Shown: in pieces, positions 1 to 9,982 of the stretch
How positions within the stretch are numbered: position 1 is the stretch's first letter
Layout: each line of letters begins with the position of its first letter
Source of the DNA: Octopus sinensis
Taxonomy: Eukaryota
NCBI RefSeq assembly: GCF_006345805.1
Contig: NW_021824636.1
Coordinates: forward strand, 1 to 17,375
Direction: 5' to 3'
Length of the DNA stretch: 17,375 bases
Translations under genes and position numbers: made by a program
The notes under the pieces: model-generated
The model's input: the letters and a program-made list of their open reading frames with translations, nothing else
Database searches by the model: none
Told to the model about the DNA's origin: nothing

Positions 1-12
1 TATTCAGTTTAA

Positions 13-62
13 AAGCCTGGTCCCTATGCTATCGGTTCTTTGTGCCGAACCGTTAATTTACA
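13..62 (-). mobile_element. SINE family B internal fragment
   Basis: aagcctggtccctatgctatcggttctttgtgccgaaccgttaatttac aligns by eye to the family B copy at ~3895-3940 (ttattctatcgctccccttttgccgaaaagctaggttac). Confidence 0.55.
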
Positions 63-95
63 GGTGCGGGGGGGGGCGTATATACAGGTGTGCGT

Positions 96-201
96 ATGTT
101 GAAATCATCGGTTTTTGTCCGATCACCGAGGGTTAAGCAACATCGAACCAAGTTAATACTTTGCTGGGTGACCGCTTGGGAAACGTAAGTGCTGCAAGCT
201 T
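96..201 (+). pseudogene. 5S rRNA-derived sequence (5'-truncated pseudogene or SINE3-like head)
   Basis: ATGTTGAAATCATCGGTTTTTGTCCGATCACCGAGGGTTAAGCAACATCGAACCAAGTTAATACTTTGCTGGGTGACCGCTTGGGAAACGTAAGTGCTGCAAGCTT is colinear with metazoan 5S rRNA as recalled (GTCCGATCACCGAAGTTAAGCAACG...TGGGTGACCGCCTGGGAA). It has A-box-like (131-142) and C-box-like (161-174) segments, many substitutions, and lacks the first ~14 nt. Confidence 0.8.
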
Positions 202-210
202 CTCACTTTT

Positions 211-278
211 CAAGCTGGTGCCCCAGCGTGGCCGCATCCAATGACTGAAACAAATAAACGATTAAAGATAAAAGATAA
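211..278 (+). mobile_element. SINE family B 3' tail
   Basis: ccccagcgtggccgcatccaatgactgaaac...aaagataaaagataa matches the reverse complement of the family B tail at 15828-15879 (ccccatcatggacgcagtctaatgactgaaaccagtaaaagataaaagataa). Confidence 0.75.
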
Positions 279-463
279 ATGAATGTGTATGAGTGGACAC
301 ATAGATGTAAACTCATGTGTGTATGTGTGTATGCGAGTGTAAGTGCGGATGTGTGTTGGCGTAAGTGTATACAAATGGACACGTCAAATGTACCAAGCAC
401 TTTGTATATTTGCTTCACATGTGTTGTGCAGAACAAAACTAACAGTCAAACAGAGATAATGCT

Positions 464-477
464 GTTGCTATGGTAAC
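464..477. promoter_or_regulatory. RFX-type X-box motif (candidate)
   Basis: GTTGCTATGGTAAC closely fits the near-palindromic X-box (GTTGCCATGGCAAC type). It is a motif match only; no linked gene is identified. Confidence 0.4.
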
Positions 478-1108
478 CGAAACAAACAATAACATCATCC
501 TGATATCTGAGCCTCTATTGTTGTGTCAACTTGACGCTTGTTTCGTATCTAAGGCACATCATGCTTCCCCACGTCCGCTTCAGCTATTGTATGACGGAAT
601 ATCGTATGCACAAGTGTTCTGACTAGAAGCTTTTGTCAAGTCTTACTCAAGCGAGAGATTTGAGTTTTCTATTGTGACGAAGTTGCACTCAAGTTTCATT
701 GCCTTCAAATTTTTTTTCTTTCTTTTTATAGTTTTACTGTATTTTTTGTTATATTAATATACATATTTCTTTTTCATTGTTTTTGTATATTACAAAAAAA
801 AACAGAAAGAAACTGATGTAAGCAAAAAATAACAGTAACACTCTCAAAAAAAAAGCGAACACCTACAACTGTGTAAAAGGTAGACAGGAAAAAAAGTAGA
901 TGAATATGTACGTTTGATGTGGAAGAAGTGGGTGGCAGCCATTGTTTGTAAATTGTTTTTGTGTAAAATATGATGATAGTACCATTACTATCACACACAC
1001 ATACACACACACACGCATGTGTGTATGTGTGTGTGATTGTGTATGTGTGTGTGTGTGTGATATCAGTCATAATGTGGATGTTCATAAACAGCTTCTTTAC
1101 TTTCCCTC

Positions 1109-1247
1109 TGGCTGCGTGGTTAAGAAATTGGCTTTGTAACCTTTGGAACCTTGAGCAAGTGTCTTTTGCTAAAGCCACAGAACCACAAATGCCTCCAGAG
1201 TAAATTTGGTAGGCAAAAACACTGCGTGCAAGTCCGACGTATATATA
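1109..1247 (+). mobile_element. SINE family B 5' portion (degenerate tRNA-like head, internal deletion)
   Basis: tggctgcgtggttaagaa is an A-box-like start, followed by accttgagcaagtgtctt and atttggtag...cgacgtatata. Colinear with the reverse complement of the heads at 4080-4214 and 16250-16385. Confidence 0.6.
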
Positions 1248-1350
1248 CTTGCATACATACATGAATGTATATATATATATATATATTATTTATATGTATG
1301 CATATATATAAGTATATTTATGTGTGTGTGTGTGTATATATATATATATA

Positions 1351-1547
1351 CTTTTCTACTCTAGGCACAGGCCCGAAATTATGGGGGAGGGGGCCAGTCA
1401 ATTACATCGATCCCCAGTACGCAACTGGTACTTGCTTTATCGACCCCGAAAGGATGAAAGGCAAAGTCGACCTCAGTGGAATTTGAATTCATAACGCAAA
1501 GCCAGACGAAATACGAAACACCACTAAGTATTTCGCCCGGCGTGCTA
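1351..1547 (-). mobile_element. SINE family A (tRNA-headed), head slightly truncated
   Basis: Contains the block cgaccccgaaaggatgaaaggcaaagtcgacctc..ggaatttgaa shared with the copies at 4825, 5100, 8276 and 9983. A B-box-like GAATTCAAATTCC lies on the minus strand. Confidence 0.85.
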
Positions 1548-1618
1548 TATATATATATACATATAAATATACTTATTATATATGCATAATATGTATATTA
1601 TATATATATATATATATG

Positions 1619-1652
<34 letters not shown>

Positions 1653-1720
1653 GCATAAATATACTTATATATATATACATAAATATACTTTATATGTGTG
1701 TGTGTGTATGTATACAATAT

Positions 1721-1784
1721 GTGTATACATACAGATGATCTGCACTAACCATGACCATATTCCTTTCCTCCTGAGTAAAGAAAT
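1721..1784 (+). repeat. 64-bp dispersed direct repeat, copy 1
   Basis: Differs from 4591-4653 by one substitution and one 1-nt indel. Confidence 0.9.
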
Positions 1785-1785
1785 T

Positions 1786-1816
<31 letters not shown>

Positions 1817-2476
1817 TACACACACACGCACACGCACGTACACACACACACACAAACACACACACGTATATAATTTATCAAAACCGGTGTGATTTGAAGA
1901 AAATTTGACTGCTATTTCTAACAGAACGAACAAAAACATAGAACTAGTATGAGCAGCCTTTCTGGAGAAGCGGGCCGCATGAGACATGGCTCATCATCAA
2001 GGTAATTTTTCGTTAGATATCCCACTGAGAAAGTCCCACGAGCCTCAGTTTACCCACGACTTACATAAAAGCTTTTTCTCCGTAGGAAACAAGCAAAGCA
2101 GAAAGGAATCTTGCTCTGGATAGAACACCAATATAAGACAGATAACATTCATAAGTTTGGTACATATTTCAGAAGAACAACTAGGTGAGCCGAAGCGCAT
2201 GGAATTAAGTGTCTTGTCCAAATAAGCTACAGAATATCTGCAACCGATTTGGTCGGTCACACAACACAATCTTACTCTTACAGAGAGATTTCTACGTTTA
2301 AATTTGACATATAGATCGAATAAAGTTAGGGTTTACCTGTTTCCTTTTAGTATCAGAGTTATTTTCAATAGGACACAAAGAAATGAAAAAAAAAAAAAAG
2401 TGTGTTATCCGTTATATTCACCGATTTCAAACAACCCAAAAGTACGTCATGCAAATAAATCGTTGTGTCCTGTCGT

Positions 2477-2536
2477 CACTTCCGGTCGAGAGATAATAGA
2501 AGCTGTGAATTTATTGCGCTGCTGAAATAATGGCGG
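2477..2536 (+). promoter_or_regulatory. Candidate housekeeping-type promoter (ETS-like CACTTCCGG plus YY1/Kozak-like AATGGCGG)
   Basis: CACTTCCGG at 2477-2485 and AATGGCGG at 2529-2536 lie in a unique, locally CpG-containing stretch. Confidence 0.35.
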
Positions 2537-2548
2537 ATGTGAGAGAAG
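2530..2548 (+). CDS. Candidate short first coding exon (MADVRE+G), unidentified protein
   Basis: ATG in ATAATGGCGG context, followed by a possible donor AAG|GTGAAC at 2549. No homology recognised. Confidence 0.2.
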
Positions 2549-2601
2549 GTGAACACAGTTGCGAAATGGAAACTACTCATCTAATGGAAATACGTGACTC
2601 A

Positions 2602-2960
<359 letters not shown>

Positions 2961-3767
2961 ATACATGTATATATGTATATGTATGTCTACGTTTGTATGA
3001 TACACACATACATACATGTGTGTGTGTGTTTATTTCGTATGTATATTATGTGAATGTTTGTGTATATTAGAGAGAGATTGCAAAGAAGAGAGATTTCACC
3101 ATTATACGTTTGACATCGGTCATTTTAAATGAAATTTCATTGACAAATTTAGGCGCACTTATGGTCTGTTGAATAATGGTAAAAGAGCGTAAAGAGCCAG
3201 AGTTTCGATGTGTCTTATACGAATAAATTATTTTAGACTTGCTCTAAAATAATTTTTGGTCAAAATGTCTCCAAGAAAAATTTAAGTCTTACGTCTGTAA
3301 TATTGAGAAGTTTAGATCTAGCTAAATCACAGTTCCTATAGTCATAACCATATATAATATCGCAGTGAATTTATTTATATATCTGTCAATATCTATAACA
3401 AATCACCAGCTGATATAGATTTGTATATTAGTCTTCGGAAGAAATTATGTTACGCGCCATAACGCTTATAAATTAACGCTGTATAAAAATATAGATCATT
3501 CTGTGAAGTAAAACAATTTCGGATTTATATGGAACGAAACTGTACCGTGGTAAATACAGTTTCTCTTAAGACGTTCGCTTTGCAGTCACATGGTTCCGGT
3601 TTAGATGCCACAACGGAATACTTCCAGCAACTGTAGTATAATGAGACGAAACATTTTAATTATCTGAGATTTTCCATGCCATTATCCTTCCAAACAATTC
3701 CCTAAGGGCGTTTAATAAGTTAAAGCAGCAACCAGGGGTTATAAGTTCAACAATATCGTCCAATCCA

Positions 3768-4019
3768 TTTTATTTATTTTATTTTTTATCTTTTATTTTA
3801 GTATCATTAAACTGCGCTCATGCTGGAGCACTGTGTTGAAGAATTTTAATCGAACGAGTCGACCCCCCACTATTCATTTCTATTTTTTTGCGCGTGTTAA
3901 TTATTCTATCGCTCCCCTTTTGCCGAAAAGCTAGGTTACGGGGACGTAAGTACACCAGCATACGTTGTCAAGGGGGTGGGAGAGCAGCGCAGACACAAAG
4001 ACACGCACGCACACGTACA

Positions 4020-4069
<50 letters not shown>

Positions 4070-4214
4070 CGCACACAAATACGACAAGCTTCTTTCAGTT
4101 TCCGTTAAACAAATCCACTCACTACGCTTTGGTCGGCCCGAGGCTATACAGACGATGAAGATGCCACGCAGTGGATTGGACCCGGAACCATGTAGTTCGG
4201 AAACAAACCTCTTA
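3768..4214 (-). mobile_element. SINE family B, near full length, with internal (CA)n
   Basis: On the minus strand: tRNA-like head (ggttccgggtccaatcc B-box region, ~4170-4190), body, internal microsatellite and A-rich aaaagataaaa tail. Colinear with 15828-16385. Confidence 0.85.
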
Positions 4215-4414
4215 TATTTATTTATTTATTTATTTATTTATTTATTAACTCATAGAACAATGCAATCAGAAAGGCATCTCGTCTCTAATACCGCAGGAAA
4301 TTTTTTAACAGACATGTTTAGGTCTTCTAAGATCTTATTGGTGAAGCATATCCAACGCACTTGGCCGCAACCCTTTTCTTGCCATATTTCTACTGAAATG
4401 CATGGCTTTTCACT

Positions 4415-4525
4415 TCTATCTCATTTCAGTCATTGAACTACAAACTGCGCCGGGTCGCCGTCCTTCGAAAGAAATTACTCGAACAAATCAACCCGTGCTT
4501 ATTTCTTTCTTAAGTCTTGGACTTA
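4415..4525 (-). mobile_element. SINE family B 3' fragment, highly degenerate
   Basis: tttcagtcattgaact...tcgaacaaatcaaccc..cttatt resembles 15849-15945 (tttcagtcattagact...tcgaagcaaatcgatccc). Confidence 0.45.
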
Positions 4526-4590
4526 TGTGTATGTGTGTATGCATATATATACAAGTATATTTATGTGCATATATATGTGAGTATGTGTAT

Positions 4591-4649
4591 GTGTATACAT
4601 ACAGAGGATCTGCACTAACCATGACCATATTCCTTTCCTCTGAGTAAAG

Positions 4650-4653
<4 letters not shown>
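4591..4653 (+). repeat. 64-bp dispersed direct repeat, copy 2
   Basis: Near-identical to 1721-1784. Confidence 0.9.
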
Positions 4654-4690
<37 letters not shown>

Positions 4691-4744
4691 TATTGTATAT
4701 ATATGTATATATATATATATATATCTATATAATATGTATATATA

Positions 4745-4805
<61 letters not shown>
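4654..4805. repeat. (TA)n microsatellite
   Basis: Direct reading. Confidence 0.95.
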
Positions 4806-4806
<1 letters not shown>

Positions 4807-4824
4807 TACACAGCTAACATATAC

Positions 4825-4965
4825 AATAAATAATGGTTTCAAATTTCGGCACTAGACCAGCAATTTTAGGGGAGGAATAAGTTGATTATATTGACCCTTA
4901 CGTTCAACCCCGAAAGGATGAAAGGCAAAGCCGATCTCGGTGGAATTTGAACTCAGAACGTTAAG
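4825..4965 (-). mobile_element. SINE family A, headless and with an internal deletion
   Basis: aatggtttcaaatt tail and cgaaaggatgaaaggcaaag core shared with the other copies. Confidence 0.8.
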
Positions 4966-5099
4966 ATGGAGCTTTGTGTCTCCGTAACCTAGCGTTTCGG
5001 CAAAAATAAAATCCAGACAGTGCAGAAGGAAGTAGATATTTCTTTGGAGTTAAATGACCAAAGCGACGGTTATGCTTCTGTGTTATTAAATCTCCTTTA

Positions 5100-5288
5100 T
5101 GGCGGTGCGCTGGCAGAATCGTTAGCATGCCGAGCAAAATGTTTAGCTGCATTTCACCCGCCTTAACGTTCTGATTTCAGTTTCCACCGAGCTCGACTTT
5201 GCCTTTCATCCTTTTCCTTTCGGACAAAATAAGTACCAGTGTAGTAATGGGGTCGATGTAATCGACTTTCCCCTCCCCTCAAAAACTG
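5100..5288 (+). mobile_element. SINE family A, 3'-truncated
   Basis: A-box-like ctggcagaatcgttag, then gactttgcctttcatcctt...aaaataagtacc...ggggtcgatgtaatcgactt; it is the reverse complement of the other copies. Confidence 0.85.
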
Positions 5289-5404
5289 CTTTGAAGAATA
5301 TTTGAAGGATATTCGGCTGCTATTTCTTGCAACTAAGTAGAGTCTCCGTCGAACGCTACTTGTTATTGTTGTTAATGATGATATGGTTGCTGCTGTTGCT
5401 GTTG

Positions 5405-5730
5405 AGAGAACAGTCTTCGTCCCAGAGCTCGCAAGATGGGAGAAGTCCGAAACGTGGTCCTTTGCTATTCGTAAGACCCACAGAAGAGAAAGCAGGTCAA
5501 CCCCCGACATCGAGAGCATCGACGGATGGATGAATGCGCATCCAGGCTTAGCGGTTGCGTAGGAAGTCAGGGACAAGAAACAGGAAGAAAGAGTGAGAGA
5601 AAGTTGGAGCCTCGTGGAGCTTTAGGTGTCTTCGCTCAATAAACACACACAACACCCGGTCTGGGAATCGAAACCGCGATCCTCCGACCGCTAGTCTGCT
5701 GCCCTAACCACTGGGCCATTGCGCCTCCAC
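5405..5730 (-). mobile_element. SINE family C, full-length insertion with 23-bp TSD
   Basis: Minus strand starts ggaggcgcaatggcccagtggttagggcagc (A box) ... ggtttcgattccc (B box). It is flanked by tatggttgctgctgt(t/g)gctgttg at 5382-5404 and 5731-5753 (22/23 identical). Confidence 0.85.
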
Positions 5731-6040
5731 TATGGTTGCTGCTGTGGCTGTTGTCGCTGTTGTAGTTTAGCCTTCAGTCAGTCTTGATCCAGCAGATCTA
5801 TAATCCCCTGTAACCACAGGCATTCCAATCGTGGCCACTCTGTCATTTTCCCAACTATCCAACGTGTGCTACCATGTCTAAGATAGTAAGCAATGACATC
5901 ACAGAGGTTTGGCTTGTAATTTTAACAGGTCGAGCGATCGTTTAAAGGCGTCGGTGGGAAACGCCATTTGTTGCATGTTTTAGGCGGTGGCTTTTAAGTT
6001 TTGATATTTGAGAATAATCAAATATGTTTACAAGTTGGCC

Positions 6041-6124
6041 ATGGCTGGCCGTCTCCGTCGACAAGAGTCAACAGAGCAGAAACATAAAAAAAAAGCAACA
6101 ATGACAATGGAACAACGAAGCCAG
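6041..6124 (+). CDS. Candidate first coding exon (MAGRLRRQESTEQKHKKKATMTMEQRSQ), unidentified protein
   Basis: ggccATGG Kozak-like start, 84 open nt, a good donor CAG|GTTAGT at 6125 and CpG-containing unique DNA upstream. No downstream exon is confirmed. Confidence 0.3.
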
Positions 6125-6233
6125 GTTAGTTTATTGAAAGGAAAGGCGTGCTTATGGGTGTGGCATTTGTGAAGGGTTTGTTGTGTTGCGAAGGAAAAGT
6201 ATTGTTCGGAATGATTTGTTTGAGGTGTGCACA

Positions 6234-6235
<2 letters not shown>

Positions 6236-6264
<29 letters not shown>

Positions 6265-6298
6265 GAAGAAAGAAAGAAAGGAAAGAAGAAAGAAAGAG
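6236..6298. repeat. (AAAG)n tetranucleotide repeat
   Basis: Direct reading. Confidence 0.9.
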
Positions 6299-6442
6299 AC
6301 ACGTTTTTTTTTTTTTAGAAATGGGAGTCAGGGTTAGGGGGAATAACAGCTTATGTGGTGAAAGAATGATATATGAATGAAAGGAGAAGAAAGCATAAGG
6401 GAAAGAAAAAAAAGAAAAGAAAGACAAATGATTCTGTTAGGC

Positions 6443-6444
<2 letters not shown>

Positions 6445-6498
<54 letters not shown>

Positions 6499-6640
6499 GG
6501 AGGGAGAGAGAGAGGAAGGCGAGTAAATGAGTGAGGAAGCGAAAGAAAGAGAAAAAAAGAGAGGGAGAGGAAGCGACAGAGAGAGAGAGAGAGAGGGAGA
6601 GAGAGAGACGGGGAGTGACAGAGAGAGAGGGAGAGGGAGA
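6445..6640. repeat. (TG)n followed by GA-rich low-complexity tract
   Basis: Direct reading. Confidence 0.9.
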
Positions 6641-6843
6641 TAGGGAAATGGGGGTGGACGGAACGAAACGAAAGACAATGAGAATGGCTCGAAGTAAAAT
6701 TGATGGAGTTCGGAAGTAATAAAATGAGAGAAGAATGGAATGTAAATAAAGAATTGGTGAGGAAAGTCTAGAGATAAAAGAGGGCGAAATATTGATAAGA
6801 GAAATGAAGAGGAAAACGAAAAGGACGAAGTAAACAGACATAC

Positions 6844-6902
6844 TGCACACACACACACACACGCACACACACACAAACACACACACACGCACAAACACAC
6901 AA

Positions 6903-6955
<53 letters not shown>

Positions 6956-7039
6956 CAAACGCACACACACACAAACACACAAACACACACACACACACAC
7001 ACACACAAATGCACACACACACAAATACACACACACACA

Positions 7040-7075
<36 letters not shown>

Positions 7076-7135
7076 CACACACATACACACACAAACACAC
7101 ACACACACACACACATACATACATATACGTCCGCG
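6844..7135. repeat. (CA)n array with AAAC/GCAC interruptions
   Basis: Direct reading. Confidence 0.95.
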
Positions 7136-7349
7136 CACATACGTACATATACGCACACTCACGTATCCATACAACTATATAGGGACAGACACTTGAAATG
7201 AATAGACAGATAAGCAGGACACATAAGCCGTGTTTGAGTGTGAATTTATTTGTTTGTGTAGGTTTCTGTGTAACTTCTGTTCATCAGTTTATCTACGAAT
7301 GCTTCTGTTTACCTACAACAGTATCTGACTGCTTCACATATGTATTATA

Positions 7350-8237
7350 CGTGGGGGTACCCAAAAGAAACCGGAATTTTGCAATATTATTTTAGTCACT
7401 AAGTTTTACAGGTTTACACTTTTATCATCTTCAAAGAATTCTCCATTTGAAGCAATGCCTCAGTCCAGACACGTTTTCCACTCTTCGAAGCAGCGTTGGA
7501 ACTCTTGCAAAGTGATGCCTTTTAACGCCTCCGTCTATTTTTTCTCTCCACCTCTTCCACATCTGCAAATTCTGCAGCACCAGCTTTCGTCATCAGTGAT
7601 GACATCCGAAAAAAGGTTCGGATCAATTTCCAACTGTTCTTTCAGTTCACGACACACATTCAGTCGTGACCGCTTTTAATCTTCCGTGAGCAAGCGAGGC
7701 ACAAATTTTGCTGCAACCCTTTTCATTCGCAATTCATCAATCAAAATTGGTTGGCAGGAGCTTCAGGACACTAATTATAAGAACAAGAGCATCAGTTGTC
7801 CAGTGACGGTCCTCCAAGACCAGTTCATGAATTTTCAGGATGTTTCCATTCTTTCGGGAGGTCGACAGTCACCCTAAAAGAGGTTGGTCTTCAAGCGACA
7901 AGTGACCATTCCTAAAGGGTGAAAACCACCCGTAAACTTGTGTTTTGTTCATGGCAGCGTCCTTGTAAGCTGTTTGAAGCATGACAACCGTTTCGGCCGC
8001 CGTTTTCCCCAGCAGGAAACAGAATTTCACGGAAGCGCGCTGTTTCTTTGTTTCAGCCATCGCAAAAATCGACGAACAGAGGAGAAATACTACAAAACAA
8101 AGACGCACCACGTGACAGTAGGACTTCATACGATGACGCCTGTTGGTAGACTGATGCTTGAGGGTTGCATCAAGTGGCTTCTGGCAGCGGAAGCTCGAAC
8201 TACCACGGCTTGCCCCACAGAGATAGTTTCCGGTTAC
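7350..8237 (-). mobile_element. Mariner (Tc1/mariner) DNA transposon, internally deleted
   Basis: One intact end, TA|cgtgggggtacccaaaagaaaccggaatt (7348-7378), and the inner part of the opposite TIR, tttccggttac (8227-8237). Transposase remnants lie between them. Confidence 0.9.
7406..8060 (-). pseudogene. Mariner transposase pseudogene (frameshifts, stops, catalytic core deleted)
   Basis: Minus-strand translation gives MAETKKQRASVKFCFLLGKTAAETVVMLQTAYKDAAMNKTQVYGWF (N-terminal HTH), RMKRVAAKFVPRLLTED (WVPH/FVPR-type motif), VITDDESWC (first catalytic D), then directly FADVEEV...EALKGITLQEFQRCFEEWK...SNGEFFE (C-terminus). Confidence 0.9.
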
Positions 8238-8274
8238 TATATATATATATAGAGAGAGAGAGGCAATTGTGTGT

Positions 8275-8275
<1 letters not shown>

Positions 8276-8334
<59 letters not shown>

Positions 8335-8551
8335 GTTTCAAATTTTTCCACAAGAGCAGCCATTTTGGGGGAGGGGGATGTGTCGATTACATCAACCCCA
8401 ATGTTCAACTGATACATAATTTATTGACCCTGAAAGGATGAAAGGCAAAGTCGATCTCGGCGGAATTTGAACCCAGAACAAGCGACGGGTGCAATACCGC
8501 TAAGCATTTCTCATTTCTCCCGGCGTGCTAACGGTTCTGCCAGCTCGCCGC
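8276..8551 (-). mobile_element. SINE family A, full length with (ATT)n tail
   Basis: Minus head gcggcgagctggcagaaccgttagc, B-box-like gggttcaaattcc, shared core, and (AAT)n at 8276-8333 on the plus strand. Confidence 0.9.
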
Positions 8552-8589
8552 ATAATAAAGCACTGTTGGTGGTTTGTGTTCCCACCAGC

Positions 8590-9283
8590 TTTTATCGTGA
8601 GGCAGGTCCACTCCTTTGGAACTTCACTGTTCAAACTGACAGAAAAATAGATGCAAATAGGTCAGACATTATATTGAAGGAATTCAGACAATAATCACTT
8701 CTCCTCATCGATATGATTGTCCCAATCGACAGAAATGTATTTGCCAGGGCCTACCAAAAGTTGAGCAAGTACAAAGATCTTGATATAGAAATTGGCAAAA
8801 TGTGGAACTTCAAGACTAAAACAATAGGTGCCCTAGGAATGATAGCGAAAGGGGCTGCTTGCGACGTAGCTCAGATACCAGGAAATTCAAAAATGGAAGA
8901 AATTCAAACAATAGTGTCCATGAGAACTGCCCATATCCAACGTAAAATAGTGTCTACGTAATCCCCAAAGCAATTTAATTCGTAAAATACATTTAAATGT
9001 ACGTAACAGCAAACGCTTTTTACTCCCATCTTAACGTTACGCAATTATCTTATAATCAAATTACTTTAAAGACAAACTTCTAATTTACTTATATTTTGAC
9101 AGACATTCTCTAGGACAATACTCTGTGCAAGACCAAATATATAAGGCACCTTAGTCATAAAACCAGCTTGAACTTCTAATTTGCTGTCTCTTGAGGTCTC
9201 TGTGTGAAACTTGGAGTCAACTTGTACAAATGCAGAGCAAAAGCCAGTTACACCTCCAGCGTTAGAAGCTGTGCAAAGGCAAC
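8590..9283 (+). mobile_element. 5'-truncated non-LTR retrotransposon of RLE type (R4/Dong-like): endonuclease C-terminus plus 3' UTR
   Basis: Coding remnant followed by ~320 nt of 3' UTR that runs directly into an (AAT)n tail. Clade assignment is from recalled motif similarity. Confidence 0.75.
8602..8961 (+). pseudogene. Restriction-like endonuclease (RLE) domain remnant
   Basis: Single frame: LLWNFTVQTDRKIDANRSDIILKEFRQ*SLLLIDMIVPIDRNVFARAYQKLSKYKDLDIEIGKMWNFKTKTIGALGMI...IPG...EEIQTIVSMRTAHIQRKIVST*. This matches the NRPD...IDxxxP...EKxxKY...W...IGALG pattern; there is one in-frame stop at 8692-8694. Confidence 0.85.
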
Positions 9284-9411
9284 AATAACAATAATAACAG
9301 CGACAGCAGCAGCAGCAACAACAACAACAACAACACAACAACAGCAATAATAATAATAATAATAATAATAATGATGATGATGATATAATAATAATAATGA
9401 TGATGATGATG

Positions 9412-9458
<47 letters not shown>

Positions 9459-9468
9459 TAATAATAAC

Positions 9469-9500
<32 letters not shown>

Positions 9501-9508
9501 CGATAATG

Positions 9509-9587
<79 letters not shown>

Positions 9588-9589
9588 TG

Positions 9590-9656
<67 letters not shown>

Positions 9657-9667
9657 CGATGATAATG

Positions 9668-9701
<34 letters not shown>

Positions 9702-9702
9702 C

Positions 9703-9734
<32 letters not shown>

Positions 9735-9816
9735 CGATAATGATAATAATAATAATAATAATAATGATAATAAAAATGATAATGATAATGATAATAGTTA
9801 TAATAATAATGATAAC

Positions 9817-9875
<59 letters not shown>

Positions 9876-9883
9876 TGATAATG

Positions 9884-9951
<68 letters not shown>

Positions 9952-9982
9952 TAATAATAATAATAACAATAAAAATAATAAT
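9283..9982. repeat. ~700-bp (AAT)n array with GAT/AAC/CAG variants
   Basis: Direct reading; it accounts for the poly-I/Y/L ORFs in the track. Confidence 0.97.

Noticed and set aside
96-201. Functional 5S rRNA gene
   Set aside because: The 5' end is missing, there are many substitutions including in the C-box region, it is not in a tandem array, and it is fused to a SINE tail.
2020-2050. GAGAAAGTCCC as the RNase MRP/P conserved region I
   Set aside because: No matching CR-V or P4 partner is seen at the expected distance downstream.
1925-2190. Two-exon model using CAAG|GTAATT (2002) and TTTTCTCCGTAG| (2085), or a minus-strand exon ending at TAT|GTAAGT (~2064)
   Set aside because: Plausible splice signals occur on both strands and give mutually exclusive short peptides with no recognisable homology; they cannot be supported without RNA data.
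3570-3640. Possible degenerate SINE-B head (cacatggttccggttt)
   Set aside because: The match is only ~15 nt; too short to support.
5163-5576. 137-aa minus-strand ORF and overlapping 68-aa plus ORF
   Set aside because: They span the SINE C tail, its TSD and SINE A, so they are chance ORFs across non-coding elements.
7455-8252. Plus-strand ORFs 7455-7679, 7686-7877 and 7938-8252
   Set aside because: They are antisense shadows of the mariner transposase pseudogene.
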